Assembly: GCA_023213395.1 (NCBI GenBank)
Contig: CM041465.1
Location: 229,593,741 to 229,657,740 of the forward strand
DNA from: Cycas panzhihuaensis
Taxonomy: Eukaryota; Plantae; Cycadophyta
DNA length: 64,000 nt
Reading direction: 5' to 3'
Under the pieces are notes generated by a model that saw only the letters and a program-made list of their open reading frames with translations, was not told where the DNA came from and did not search any database. Position numbers and translations under genes: made by a program. Of the stretch, positions 1 to 14,300 are shown piece by piece. How positions within the stretch are numbered: the stretch's first letter is position 1; each line of letters begins with the position of its first letter.

Positions 1-7
1 CACAAAC

Positions 8-39
<32 letters not shown>
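8..39. repeat. (TA)n microsatellite
   Basis: ATATAT... tract with one CA interruption. Confidence 0.95.
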
Positions 40-652
40 CCCTATGCATATGTTGCTTCGGGAAGACCCCTAGATAGATTACTTGTTCTACATGTGTTGC
101 TTACGATGGATCCCTGGGTATTAAAAATTTAATATATAACTTCTCCCATTTATTGCTTGAATAAGAAGTATTGATGAAACTTCCCAACCAATACATGGGC
201 ATGGATTTACTCATGATCTCTTTCTTGTACAAGATTGGGAGGGGTATAACTGTGATCATCAATAAAATTATCCTATGAACAAGGGATGGAGTGAGAATGT
301 CATTTATGTGGATTAACTAGGAGACAGGATGTTATAAACCCTCTTGACTTGTGGTACCAAGAGGAAGACCCCTGGATACCTCCAAGAGAATGGATGGGAA
401 TTGGGGTATATGTTTTTTAGTGGGACATGTCTCTTAGGCAAAATTATGATTAACGTTGCATCCTTAAGGAATAGGCCCTCTAAACTTTGATAATAGATTA
501 TCCATAAAGTAATTGTACTTATGTACCAGAAAAACAAATAAATATAAAAAATGTCCCCTTAATGAGAGAGTGGCCTCTTCTTAGAGAAAACAATTGCCCT
601 ATATATCCTAAGGGAAGGATGTGGATTGTTGTATGCAGTTAGCTTAGTGCAA

Positions 653-780
653 CATTTGGTGTCTAAAAATGAGAGGGAGTACGTGCAAGGCATGGTTCTA
701 GCCTAGGACTAAGGGCAATGCATATAGGAATGCCATATGGTGAGTCATGATACTAAATGACTTTTCATTCCAAACCTAAA
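653..780. repeat. Diverged dispersed repeat, second copy about 4141-4325; probably old TE debris
   Basis: Shared blocks CATTTG..GTCTAAAAATGAGA, GCATGGTTCTAGCCT, GGAATGCC and TTCCAAACC in the same order. Confidence 0.6.
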
Positions 781-858
781 TAACAAGCCAAACCGTTCCA
801 TGATAAATCTAAAATACTTACTACTTTTCATAAAAGTGTCCTTTGGAAAGGGTGGACT

Positions 859-1348
859 TGTTACAGTATCTTTTGGTCTGTATATTGTAAAATTGCTCAC
901 ATTTGTTTTGCAGCCATGTCCTAACCTTCAGTAAACTCCAACATAGTCTAATCAACATTCTACAAAGAAAACTCAACTTTGGGTGCTCGTACTTGGCTTT
1001 TTACAAGCCTAGGCTCCATTCTAGTTTGAAAAACTACATTTTTTATGCATTGGAACACTTATCTAATAGTAGAACATAATCGAGGAACAATTTCAAAATG
1101 CCTTCAACATGAGAACAACTCTTAGAACACTCGAAATGGTTACAAACAAGAATGGTTTTGGAATGGTCAAAATGACTTGCATAGTCAAGAATGATTAGAC
1201 AAAAACAACTATAGTAGAGAAGAAACAATTGCCAAAATAGTTCCTCCAAAAGGACTGACTTCGTGCAATTTTTCTCTATTTTCTCACACCTTTCTCTTAG
1301 AATTTTCTAGTTTCCCATTCCCAATTACATATTAATTGGTATCTAAGC
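859..1348 (+). mobile_element. Possible very old LTR remnant
   Basis: Purine run GGAAAGGGTGG before TGTTACA (859) and a tRNA-Met PBS-like TGGTATCTAAGC at 1337-1348; no partner LTR seen. Confidence 0.3.
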
Positions 1349-4300
1349 TCCATTCCTTTCCTAAGGCCCACATCAATTGCTTTTAGGACTATTATACACC
1401 CTACTTCATTTTTAGTTGATACCATAATACTCATTATCTCTCATACTTTCATTGACAAAAAATATCTGACCACCTCACCATCTCGCTCCTTACACATTAG
1501 AAAGCATCCAAGCAAGTTGGCCTGGGCAACTTCATACCACGATCATTGTAAAAGAGTCATCATATTTTGTACCTAGATAGCAGAATACTAGTATTTTTAT
1601 ATAATTTGTTCCTATAGTTTTCTGTTAACAAATATTTCGTCACAAGAGGAAAAATTGAACCTCAAATTAACACTCAATGAGTAAAACCCTCATTAATTAG
1701 AAGAGAAAATTTTAGAATCATTAATCGAAAAGTCAATGGTCATTGTTAAAAGCCTTGGAGAGGTGTTGCACAGTTGTTAATAGAACCTCCCACTAAAGAG
1801 TAAAGTCATAAAGTCCACTCTTAAAAGTGGTGTGCAAAGGAGGTGGCTTCTTATTAGATAGTTATGAGGCAAGCTTTTCATTGAAGATTCCCTCTAAGAC
1901 AAAAGCTCTCCTATATAACCACATACTGGACAAGGCAAAACATCATGTTATTGTTAAACCGTGGAAATACTATAGGGCCAAGAAGCCAAGAAATGGAGAG
2001 AAGGAGCCAAGTCATATTGTCTTCACCAACCTTCTTCACCATTCTTCATCAATGAAGGTACAATCAAATTCTACACAAAGAGGGCCAAGGAACCCATCAT
2101 ACTTTTAGAATTTCTGTGGCATTCTTCCAAAAAATGAACAAAATAAACATGTTTAATTTTTGTGTGAAGGTTAAAAGAGAAACCTCAATTCAATTGTTGA
2201 ACTTGGAGGTTGAGTGGGCCCCAAGATTATTGTGCTGCAAGAGTATGGTCTTGATATAGTCATGTGACAAATAACAGAGCCATACAGTTTGTAGTACTGT
2301 GATATGGGCCTGCATAGAACTCAAGAGCAGTAATTATGGCTGTATGGCTGTAACAGTAAATATGGCTATATGGCCTGTAACTCAATTCCAAAACCATTCT
2401 TGTCTAGCTCCATAACAAAACTTATTCTGACATATAACAGAAATTGGCTCTCAATAAATGAAGTACAAACCTTATATCTCAAAATCATATGGAACTGAGA
2501 TGCATAGGTCGTAGGCCCCACTTGATTTATAGAAACACAAAAAAAGAAATCTTAAGATGAATATGAGTGTGAAAACTGATTTTCAATATTAGTTCTATGG
2601 GCAGTTGGAATTCATCCTCCAAACTTTGAAATAATTAATGATTAAAAAAGGAAAATTTAAAATGGTACTATGTGGACGGTAGGCAAACCAGATTGCTGCA
2701 CTTTCATGTAAACTATTGGAAATCATCATCAGAATGTTGATTATGCATGGTAAGTAAATGAGACAAAGAAAACAACTAAAGGCATGCATCATTAGAGGCC
2801 ACAGACATAATATTGGCATTTTTGACCATTAGGAAAGGCAATAAAGTCTAATTTCTATTTCAGGCCTGGAACAAAACTCATATGCACTTCACTGTTATGA
2901 CAAGATGATAAAACCTGCATTAATGGAGTCATGAAAGTATTATAAGATATTGATATTTATGATGACAATTTCACTCCTACACTTCCAGCAAAAAATGACA
3001 TTACGAATAGCTAGTGGACATATGTGATGTGAATTTAGAAGTGCAACATTGTGAATACAAGTTCCATATCCACATTCACTGAATAAGAGATTCATCGTGC
3101 ATGATAGATTATCATAGTCATAACGCTATTAGATGAGTATTGATGATCATAACAATAATTGCATACACCCGAGAATCCAGTTGAAAAGTAGACAATAGAT
3201 AAATAAGATAAATAGCATGCACTTTATAGAATTCTGTATGCATGAGGATAAGATAGATTGTTGAGTTCAATCATATACTTAAGGATTCTATTACAAAAAA
3301 AGGAAAAAAGAAAGATTCCAGATTTATGTTTGAATAGCAGCAATGATATTGTGGCTTGTATATTTCTTGATGTACTTGCAAATTTTGGCACAATATGAAA
3401 TGATGTAGTTGCAAGTTTGAACTTATTTTATTTTTATTTACTTGCAAAATAATGATCACCATGGTTGAAATTCTAATATGATCATATAGGGCATGAAATA
3501 ATACAATTTAACAAACTTGAAACAAAATGACAAACTTCAAACTACAAAACCATGGCATAGAACCTGACTACTCAGTGATTATTCCTCATGCTTTATGGAT
3601 AAGACACCCTGTATGAGAAATGCTTGGGAAGGAGTAGCCCACAAGGCAATTGTCATGTGATCTTTCGAGCATGGTTGCCTTGAGATGGGTAGCCATCTTG
3701 GAATAGAATGACAATGCATCTGTGAGATAAACATGGACTAAGGATGACCTTTGCGAAGATTGCATGATGACTTTTGCCTCATGATTTGTGGTTTCCATAG
3801 AGGATGCATAGTTCACAGTGGGGGACCCACACCCACTTCACATCGGTGGAGGAGCGTTAAGGAACCCTTGAGATATATTGGTCTCAAAATTACGATAATC
3901 AGTTATTTGCCATAAAGGTGACTCTATTGCATAGCATATGCCACAAGTTACCTTTGATAAATACCATGTGATAAAGTTGCTCACCTTGTGAAAAAACTTA
4001 TAATATGTTTGATGAAAGCAAGGGTCTAGTGAGTTCACATTGGTGGACCTATGTGTAGGTGATTGAGCTCACATTAGTGGGCTTAAGTATGAAAGGATCC
4101 TAGAGCACCTAAGGAGGACAGTCATCATTCATCAAGGTTGCATTTGTGTCTAAAAATGAGACTTGGACACCATTCCTATACTTGGGGTGTAGAAGCACCA
4201 CCATGTGGATGTGCATTACAAAGGGAGGATGTGCATGGCATGGTTCTAGCCTTGGGCCAGGGGAAATGAGTATGGGAATGCCTCACAATGGGTTGTCACG

Positions 4301-5794
4301 TGGTGACTCCTTATTCCAAACCAACTCATGATAGATAGATACTTTTCCCCCTTTGAAAATACAATCAATAACTTCTAACTTGATATTATTATTAAATTTG
4401 GCTCAACTCTTTGCAATATGCATGATGTTCTCGTGGTGATCAAACCTACTAATACCCATTGGACTACTTTAATGCTCTATGCTAGAAAGTTATGTAAAAC
4501 GATTATAGCTAATCAACATGCCATTGATATATAAACATAATGCACAAATTTCATGAAGCAAATGTGTTATCAAACTAGATGAATGGAATGCTTTTGTGAT
4601 CCAACCATTGTCAATACATTCACTCCCCAATATGCCATACCACTTTCAGACCAAACATTAAAAACACCTCAACGCCATGTGTAGATTGAACCAATCATGC
4701 TAGGGACAGACCTCACCATGCTTGCCTTTTCTCTAGAAGAATTGACTATGTACTTCCTAGTCTTATACATATGTTATGTCAATAAAATCTCACTATATAA
4801 GAATATATCTAAGTATTTTATGTTTCAAATTACTTTTTACAACACTTTACCTATCCAATTCAACGTTTTCTAACCCAGAAATATTCAAATTATTTGCACT
4901 CTCCAAGGCCAAAAGATAAGCAACCCCAACCTGCCACGTACAAAAACAAAAATGAGAATGGTTGAGTTAGGTGTATTACTTTCTTGTTTATGCCAAGAGA
5001 AATGCTAACAATGTACTCTCTACTTCTTAAGGTTCTTTTACTTAATTTTTCGATTGATAGATTTTACCAAAAAGGGAATAGAAAATGCTTTATCGAATCA
5101 TAGCTAAGGTTCCAATACAATCCAGAGACTAGGCCAAAACTTCTTAAAGAAATTAAAGCCCATAATCTAAGCATATAGTCTCACATGTTTCTTTAATCAT
5201 TTGTAATGTTTATTCTTCATATCCCCACTTGCCATTTTTATTACAAGGTTGGCATAGCGTACTTGATAGATAGCAAGGGAAGCAAGAAGTGAGACTATCT
5301 ACACTTAGGAGGAAAATTGCTCATGCAAATTACCTAAGATTTGAGGACGTTATTAAGTAGTTAGTCAAGCATGAAGCAAGTGGAGCATCTTATTATCATA
5401 CAACTAATGGTGATAATTGTGGGCAATAACAACATTTAGCCTAAAATGGATATTTAGGCCATAACTAAGGCAAATGTTCAAAAATACTTCAATAAATCCA
5501 AATATTTAGTCAATGCTCAAGAGATGAGTAGAGTAGAGTTCGAGGAACATAAGGTTGCCATCAAGTTCCTCCAATAGGAACAAGATGATCAAAGATGGTG
5601 CCATGAAGAAAAAATGACTAAACTTAGAGGGGCCCAAAAGGTGTTTGTCATGACACTAGAACAGCAATTGGATGAAGAGTGAGAAAAGAGGGCTAGATTT
5701 ATATAACCAACTCAAAAAGTAACTAAGCAAAATGTGGTCTAACGAGGATGATTAAGATAACAAGTAAGAATAGTTCAGTTTTATGATCACATGT

Positions 5795-5991
5795 TGTTAG
5801 AGTAGTAATGTTTTATCTTGATCTTTTCTAAAGTAAGTTGAGGGTTACGTGTCCAACCCCTCTTTCATTTTGTCTTGACACTTGGCCTACATGCATAGGC
5901 TCACTTGTATACATGTATGTATTTATACAAGAGTATTTCTCTCTAGCATTAATGCAAGGAAGTAACTTCTTTTGTTCTTATTGTTTTGACA
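5795..5991 (+). repeat. 5' LTR of A
   Basis: Matches 48542-48743; followed by an eroded PBS (TCATATTAAAGTAGG). Confidence 0.9.
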
Positions 5992-6073
5992 TCATATTAA
6001 AGTAGGTCTGTTAAGAGTCTGGAAGAGATCTGGTTGAGAAGTTCTTTTAAAGAAATTAAGAAGTTTAAACCAT

Positions 6074-6078
<5 letters not shown>

Positions 6079-6108
<30 letters not shown>
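6079..6108. repeat. (AG)15 microsatellite in the leader of A
   Basis: Direct reading. Confidence 0.95.
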
Positions 6109-6113
<5 letters not shown>

Positions 6114-6677
6114 TTATGCAGGCGTATTAATTGTTGTATGGAACTATATGGACATGGAATTTTTAAGTGCTCAGAATCAAACAAAATTTCATCTATAGAC
6201 TCATCCTAGTGAGGAGAATCTATTGTTCCAAAGAATCATCTCCAAATTTTGTTTCATTCAATGGGAAATCATGAATTTGTAAGGGTGAGGGTTTAGCATT
6301 TCAAACTCAAATTTCTTTCATTTTACTTCATAAAATTTGTCCTAAAATCTCTGTCTGGACATTACCTTTCATTTGAATGTGAGTTTGTTGGATTTAATTA
6401 AGTGTTTGAAGAGACACGAGCATTTTTTGCTTTCAAACCCTAGTCGATCATATAATTTTCAAGGTATTTTCTGAGCAAACCAGAAGTCAGATCAATTTTT
6501 TCTTTAAGATCAAAATAGAGAAAGCCACAAGCTTTATTTTGGGCATTTTTTTGTTGAAATTTGTACAACTATATTTTTTTTGTACTATTTCGTACAATTG
6601 TATGACCATATAGCTAGTTACTACTATTCTCTTTGTATTTGACATTCCCTTTCAATTCACTCTTCAAAATTTCAAAA

Positions 6678-7331
6678 ATGGCCTTAGTTTTTTCTCTCAA
6701 TGGCTCTAATAAACTCATTGGACAAAACTATGGTGCCTGGAAGTTAAGAATGCAAGGTCTTTTAATAGCTAAAAATTCATGGAATCTTGTCATTGGAAAG
6801 GAAACCAAACCAACTGATATAGTAGATTTAATCAGTTGGGAGGAAAGGGATAGGATTGCACATGTTTCCATTATGTTGTTTGTTGGAGATTCATTATTAA
6901 GTCACATTAGTAAAGTTGTCACATCTGTTGAAGCCTAGAGAATTCTAATCTCTCTCTATAGCTAGAAGAATGAAACTCGTATAATTTCTCTTAGAGAACA
7001 ACTGTACAAACTTCAATTAAAGGAAGGAGAATTTGTCTCACATTTTATTACCAAAATAGTAGAAGTTAAGGACAATTTGGCCTCTACAAGAGAAACCATG
7101 TCTGATTTTGAAATTGTTTGTCTTACACTCAATAAACTTCTAAAATACTATGATACTTGGTAAATACTCTTACCATTGGTGGACATGCTACTAATATGTC
7201 TTTTGAAACTTTAACAGGACATATGTTACAACAAGAACAAAGAATTAAAAGATATGAAAAAGAGGCTGAAGTTGAAGAAGCCTTCATTTCAAAGCTAAGA
7301 ATAGATGGTCGAGGTCATTCCAAAAGCATTC
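6678..7331 (+). pseudogene. gag: Copia gag of A, 5' part (stops and frameshifts)
   Basis: KLIGQNYGAWKLRMQGLL..SWNLVIG N-terminal motif; cut by B at the CATTC TSD. Confidence 0.88.
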
Positions 7332-7815
7332 TGTAGCGACAAGATTCACTTGGGTCCGAATTATCTGTTGGAAAGGACTCTGAATAAAAATAATACATAG
7401 CAAATGATAACAAAATATGATAACAATGCATCAATAAATGAATGAGAAAGAGGGCTGCCCAAGTTGCTAAGTAAATGAGGAATGAATGAGCAAAATATCA
7501 TCAAATATAGGGTAATGAAATCTCAGTTAAGCATAGTATTGGAGTCAAAATAATGCTCCCTCTTTGAGGTGGGGTAGCCTCGAAATACTACTGCCCAAAG
7601 GGCTGAAGTACTATTGCCTTAAAGGCTGAAAATATCTTGCCAAACCAAAGCTAACTTTGATGGGAATGAAGCCCCTGGATCCCTTATATAGTTGGATTTT
7701 GCCTCCATATAGAGGTCGTCTAAGATAGGATGAAATCCTAGCTTGAACAACACATGTAAGTCAGCCAGAACAATGCTTCTAAGTCAACCAAGACTGAGTA
7801 ATTTGGTTTACTACA
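7332..7815 (-). repeat. 3' LTR of B
   Basis: TGTAGCGAC...TACTACA; homologous to 39723-40207 and 49982-50465. Confidence 0.92.
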
Positions 7816-7829
7816 TGTCCCGCCCCTCG

Positions 7830-8515
7830 AAAACATGCTTTGCCCTCAAAGCATGTGTAAATTGGATGTTGTTGCATCCATGCTTCAGATTCCCAAGGGG
7901 CATCCTCTGTATCTAGAGTCGAGGAACTTCTAGATTCTTCTAGAGCATAGTTCTTTCATCCTTGTTCGTAAAATCCCTTCGGGTTTGATAGTCATCTTCC
8001 CCTCTTCATCTAATTCTGGAATTGTTGTCTGAGGAGTTATCTTCTCACCTATCTTCTTTTTCAAACAGGACACGTGGAAGACATGAATTTTACTTTCTGG
8101 GTACTTCCTCGATCTTCTCTCTAACTTAGTATGGTCTGTAAAACTGTAGTGCTAATTTATGTTTGTTCGTCTACTGCATAGATACTTATTTATAGGGTTG
8201 AAGTCTAAGAAAGACCCAATCCCCTACTTCAAAACTCCTCTTCATTCATCTGCTTATTGTTTCATCTTATTCCTTGTAGTATTTAGATTATCTTTTAATA
8301 TTTGTATTGTTCTCTCTACCTGCTTCTATCATTCACAGACTGATTGAACATATGATACTTTTGTCTAGGTAAGTATACATGGAGGTTCATATTCGTATAA
8401 TGCTTGGAATGACATCAATTTAGCTGACATATGGTATGTGGTATTGTACCACCATTCTGCTAAGTGGAGCCACTTGTGCCATTGATTTGTTTATTTGAGG
8501 AGAAGTTGTGCAGGT
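7830..8515 (-). pseudogene. B integrase C-terminus / chromodomain remnant
   Basis: Minus strand reads WLHLAEWWYNTTYH, FHVSCLKK and EDAPW; continues after D at about 16100. Confidence 0.8.
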
Positions 8516-9052
8516 TGTTAAACCTTATGTTTATATCCTAAGCCCATGTACTTTATTTTTCATGTATTATTTGTACTTTTGTACTTTATAGGGTGACTTA
8601 TCACTTAAGTGATAAAGTGCACACCCACATTCTTTCCTAGTGATACAACATTGTCACTAAAGGGTCAAATGGACCCCCAGGCACTTTTGCTCATTTGAGA
8701 GCCCAAAAGGACACATGACCTACATGCAAGGCATGTACCTTGGATGTTTGACACCAATGCCTTAGGTCTCTTCTATCACTCTATATATTGAGACCTCTGC
8801 TCATAGTTCATATATAGAGTTGGAGTTGTATTGTTATGCTGCTAGTTTGCTAATCAAACTGCTATTCATTTAGAGATTGGACCAATTCCAACTCCTCACA
8901 TTTGGTATCATTTTGCTCTCACTCTTTATGCTTTGATCTTGCTTATGTTGATCTCATACTTTCATTGTTAGTCTAGATTATTTGCTTTTTAGAACTAGAG
9001 TGAATCTATCTCCTAGATCTTGGGTTTCAAAGGCCTTTTGGCCATTTCAACA
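8516..9052 (+). repeat. 5' LTR of D
   Basis: Near-identical to 15551-16099 apart from a 12-bp indel and scattered substitutions. Confidence 0.95.
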
Positions 9053-11371
9053 TTTGGTATCAAAGCTAGAGGAGACTAGTTCTCTATATTCTAATTTTTT
9101 CTTGCTTAAAGGAGATTCAAAGTGGGTTCTACAACCACTTGATGACGACCTTCGCTCTCTGAAGGCAATCCAAGGCGTGTTTTAGGCTTACAACTATAGA
9201 TCAAGCTTTTTGAAGCAGTGTTGAAGGCTGAAGTAGACATATTTCACAGATCTAAAATTTTTTCAGACCACCAGCTGAGGTTTTGAGCTGGTTTACTCAC
9301 TTTTCCTTGTGTTTTTTTTGTCAAAAACTAGTTTTCCCTGCTAATTTTTCATGTAGATCAAGGTGTTGGACTGCTATGAGGGCTATGGAACCTCACTGAC
9401 TGAGTTAATCTCAAGATTCAGTCACTCTGCAGGTTGTTTGTCAGTTCAGGGTAGTTTACAGCCCTGAAACCCCACTTGAAAAACACAAATTCACCCGTGC
9501 ACTGTTGCTGAAGACTCTTGCTCACCTGAGAACTTCTGCACAGCCTTTAGAGGGCCCCACGGACATTCTACAAAAAAGAAACGAAGCTAGAGACGGCCAT
9601 ACTGCTGATTTCTTGTCACTTGGCTTGGGAGCCCTTCTAAAACCCTCTCTGCTCCGTTCTCACTCCACGGTGAGTCAATTCGCGTAAACTTCAAGGGAAC
9701 TACTGTCTGGGGTACACGACCCTCCTCCAAAGATTTCTTGGTGATCTGAGCTCTCTAGAGAGAGTTGTATCCACCTGAAGCTCCACGGGGATGCGCAGCC
9801 CGCGCAGTTGTGAAAACAGATTTTTGTTTTTTCTTTTCAAAAATTTCAAAGCTTTTTAATGTTTAAAACTTTAGTTTATGTCTTTTAGAATATTCCTGTG
9901 AATATTCTCACTTATATAATCCCTTTTATCCTAAGGTTCATATTTAGTCACTTTGAAATCACTAAAATCACCTTTTTTTAAAGTCAAATTAAGGCTTTTC
10001 TTAGTGATTTTTTCACTTTTTGACTACATTGACCCCAAAAGGACTTAATCAAGTTTTTTTTCAGTAATTCTTCATTAGGAAGTGATATTTTTTCCCTCCT
10101 TTTAAGCCTTTTTTGTTGTTCAAGACTTTTTGGCTTAGTTTTCTTAAGGAAAAAATTAACTTTTTTTCATTTTTTGAAGCTAAAAATCATCCTTGGACTT
10201 AGTGATCTCACTAAATTTCTGATGCTAAGTCATTCTCTCATCTTTGGAGATTAAAAATAATTGATTAAAGTACTTACTAAGGCTCCCTGTGTGGTGTCCT
10301 TGCTGCTCAAAGTTGCAAAGAATTTGGATTTCAGCCTTTGCTTTTTGGCATTTTAAGCCTTATTTAAACACTTATTTCATGTTTACAAGTGTTAAAAGGC
10401 ATTGTTAGAAGTGATTTTTAAGTGATGACACCTTGTCAAAGTGATCTTTATCACTAATTCAACACTTTTATTGAGACACCTTGCATGGTGACCTATTTCC
10501 CTTAGTCACAAAAAGGGCTCAAGGAGACAAATTACTTAATAAAATAACTTATTTTGTTGATTGTTGGGACTATTTTGAAGTCCCAACACTTGCTGCTTGG
10601 AGTCTTCATTTTGCAAGTGATCTTCCTCACTTCATCTTCAACATTAAAAGGAACCCACTTGTATTTTCAACACAAAGGCTTCGTTTATTTTCATTGAGTA
10701 CTTAGCATCTTCTTCAAGTGCTTACTTTTTCAACATCTTTCATTGTACTCGAGCACTCTTTTACTTGGATTTGATAGCACTACTTCACTCCATAAAGTGC
10801 TCTTGTAAAACACTCAAAGTTTTCATTTTGATGTACTTATTTGCTTCTTTTTTGAAGCTCTTTTCATTGTAAGTTTAATCAAGCATCTACATCATCCAAG
10901 TAAAATAAACTCTAAAGTCCACTTTAATCTTCTAGAAAGTGACTTTAAAATCAAGTAGGAGAGGCACGAAAAAGGTTCAAGCCTTGCCTCTAAAATAACC
11001 TTAAGTTTGGTGCATTCCCTAGGGGACCAACCGACCGTACGGCCAGTGCATGACAATTAAGGTTGCTTGTGGGAAAGGAGGTTCGAAAAGGGTGTTATTG
11101 GGGCTATGAATCCCAAGGAAAGCATCATACGTCCATGTAAATCAACCCTACCTACCTTGTCCTAGATTTAACTTGGCCAATTGTTGAATCTCTTCTATAG
11201 ATCAGGGTTGGACCAACTATTTAGCCTAGTCCTCCACCCCTCATCACTCCATTCAGTTGTTGGATCTTCTAGTAAGATTAGAACTGTTGGTTTTGTTAGA
11301 AGGTGGAATTTAAGCAACGAAAGTTTTGAGTTTCCAAGTTATCTACTAGCTTCAAGCCTTACAACTTTAAT

Positions 11372-14300
11372 ATGGTTGCAATAAATATGCTAAATGCATG
11401 TACCATCAAATTAACAGGACAAGACAACTATCAAGAATGGAAAAGGATCACACAAAACCTCTTGATAATGAACGAATTTTGGGGTTATGTTTCTAGAAGA
11501 ATACCTCAACCTATACCTGTTGAAGATGATGGTGTAATTGTTCATCCTCATGCTGCTTGTGTTGCTGCTTGGGAAGCCAAAGATGAAATTGCTTTGGCAT
11601 TCTTACATATGATTATTGATGTTCATGTTGACCAAAATATTATGTGTGCAAAAACTTCCAAGGAAGCATGGGATATTTTGTCATCTTTGTATAAAAGGCG
11701 AGATGAAGCTCGTATTTTGATGGTAAAAGCCAAGTTGCATTCTTTAAAATTTGTCAAAGCTTATGTCGGCTTTTCTTTCCTCCATCAAGGAGGTATGTAA
11801 TGAATTGAATACATTGGATAGTCCTACTTCCAGAGATGAGCTTGTAACTACAATTGTCAAAGCATTACCTAAGGATTATAATGGATTTATTTCATCCACT
11901 ACATGAGATGGTTCACTTGGAAGAATGTCTTTTACTGAACTTGAAAGCTTGTTACTTCAAGAGGAGAATATTTACATCAACGACAATGATGATGAACCAT
12001 CCACTTCAGGGGCATCCACAACCAAATCAAAGGCCAAGCAAAATACCAAACTTGCACTTTCAAAACAGTTTGGAAATATGAACATTGGTTCCTCAAAGAC
12101 CAATGTTATTTGTCATTACTGTGGCAAAGTGGGCCACATAGCTCCTGATTGTATGAAGCAACAAGCTGATCTCCAGCACACACGATAGCAACAACAACCA
12201 TGTCGAGAATTCCGGTAATTTGTTTCAAAGAACAACAACAACAACAACAACCCCCTTGACCAAATCGACGTGCCTATCGAGGAGGTCAAAGAGGAAGGGG
12301 GGGTTGAGAGGTGGCAATCAACACCACTTCAATCAGTTTGTAGATGAGGACAAATTATTTTATGCTTGTCATAGATCCAAGGTTGATCAAACTTGGATCA
12401 TTGACTCAGGGGCTACTCAACACATGACTAGGAGTGAAGAACTCCTTTGTGACATCAAGGAAGGGAACGGTCAATCAGTGACCTTCAGCAACAATGAATG
12501 AATCAAGATTTCTGGCATAGGCACAATTGCCCCATTTCATTCTCCTTCCAATCCTTCCTCCACATTTCCCAATGGCAATGCCTATTTCATACCTTCCATG
12601 GAGAAGAGCTTGCTATCTGTTAGCAAATTGGACAAGTAACAGATGAGCATTTTGTTCAAGAATGGAAATGTGTAATAAGTGACAAAAATGACTAGGTAGT
12701 AGCTATTGGATATGAAGATCATGGCCTTTACAAGTTGGATGCTAATAATATAATACTTGATTCTGCTTACTCTGGTTCCATTGTCACTAAATCCTTGTCC
12801 AAGATGCAACTTTGGCATCAATGCCTAGGCCACTTGAACTTAATCAATCTCAAGCAGATGGTGAACAAAAATATGGTGCATGGGCTTCCAAAGATGTATG
12901 GTTCAAAATGTCTTTGTGAAGCATGCATAATGGGGACACAACATCGCTTGTCTTTCCCTAAAGGCAAAGCTTGGCGTGCATCGTATCCTTTGCAGTTGAT
13001 ACATTCGGATTTGTGTGGACCCATGTCCAACGCATCCTTTGGAGAAGCTTTGTATTACATCTCCTTCATTAACGATTTCTCCCATAAAGTTTGGGTTTAC
13101 TTCATCAAACATAAGTCTGAACCATTTCAAAAGTTTAAGGAATTCAAGCTTGAAGTGGAGAACAGGTCTGGCCAATCAATCAAATTACTAAGGACAGACA
13201 ATGAAGGTGAATTCACTTCAAAGGAATTCACCTAATTCTACAAGGATAACAGCATTCAGAGACAACTTACTATTCCTCATATTCCTCAACAAAATGGAGT
13301 CTCCGCAAGAATGAATAGAACTTTGGCTAACAAAGTCAAAGCAATGATGCATGCAAAGGGACTCACTCGAGCTTATTGGGCAAAGGCATTCCACATAGCT
13401 GCCTATGTGGCAAATCAGAGTCCAACATCAACAATCACCAACATCACACCAGAGGAGGCATGGTCTAGCAAAAAGCCAACTGTCAGCCATTTGGAGGACA
13501 TTTGGGTGCACTACTTATATGCACATCCCCAATCAGCAAAGAACTAAATTAGACAAGCATAGTCTAAAATGCATCTTTGTGGGTTATGCCATTCATAACA
13601 AAGCCTACAAGTTGTATGATCCTATTGAGAAGAAAATACATCTCTCAAGAGATGTAATCTTTGCTGAAAATGAACATAAGGAGTTGGATTCGGCATCCAT
13701 CCAACCTCCTATTGACAAAGGCAAAAAGATTGTTGAGGCTTTCCTTCCCTCTCAATCTTCAGCGCCAGGCACATCATCTGCACCTACTGGACTGTCCACA
13801 TCATCAAAATCAGCTCCACTTGATCCTAGTACATCTTCTATTGATCAACCACTTAGATCAAAAGATATTGAGGTTCAAGTTACATCAATCAAAAGCTGCC
13901 CAAATGGTATACTCAAATAGTTCAAGATGGCCAAATTGTTGAAGGAAAACGTCCATCAAAATACAAACATCAAACCAATTTTGCACTTATGACTGAAGTG
14001 CTTTGTGTTGATGAGCCTTCCACTTTTGAGGAGGCTTCTAAAAATGAAGATTGGAAGACCACCATGGATGAAGGAATCCATTCTATTAAGAAGAATGGAA
14101 CTTGGGATTTGGTTGAATTGCCTTAATACAAACAGGCAATCAATTGCAAATGGGTCTACAAGACCAAATTCCATTCTGATGGTACACTTAAGTTCCAGAA
14201 AGCCCGCCTTGTTGTAAAAGGCTTCAAACAAAAGAAAGGTATAGATTATGAGGAAACTTTTGCACCTGTTGCTAACATGAATACCATTAGACTCATCTTG

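Noticed and set aside
3590-4100. Gypsy integrase zinc-finger remnant (HGCLEMGSHLGIE)
   Set aside because: Too eroded to support a call by eye.
10950-11371. tRNA gene or hammerhead ribozyme in the copia leader
   Set aside because: No cloverleaf or CUGAUGA/GAAA core found by eye.
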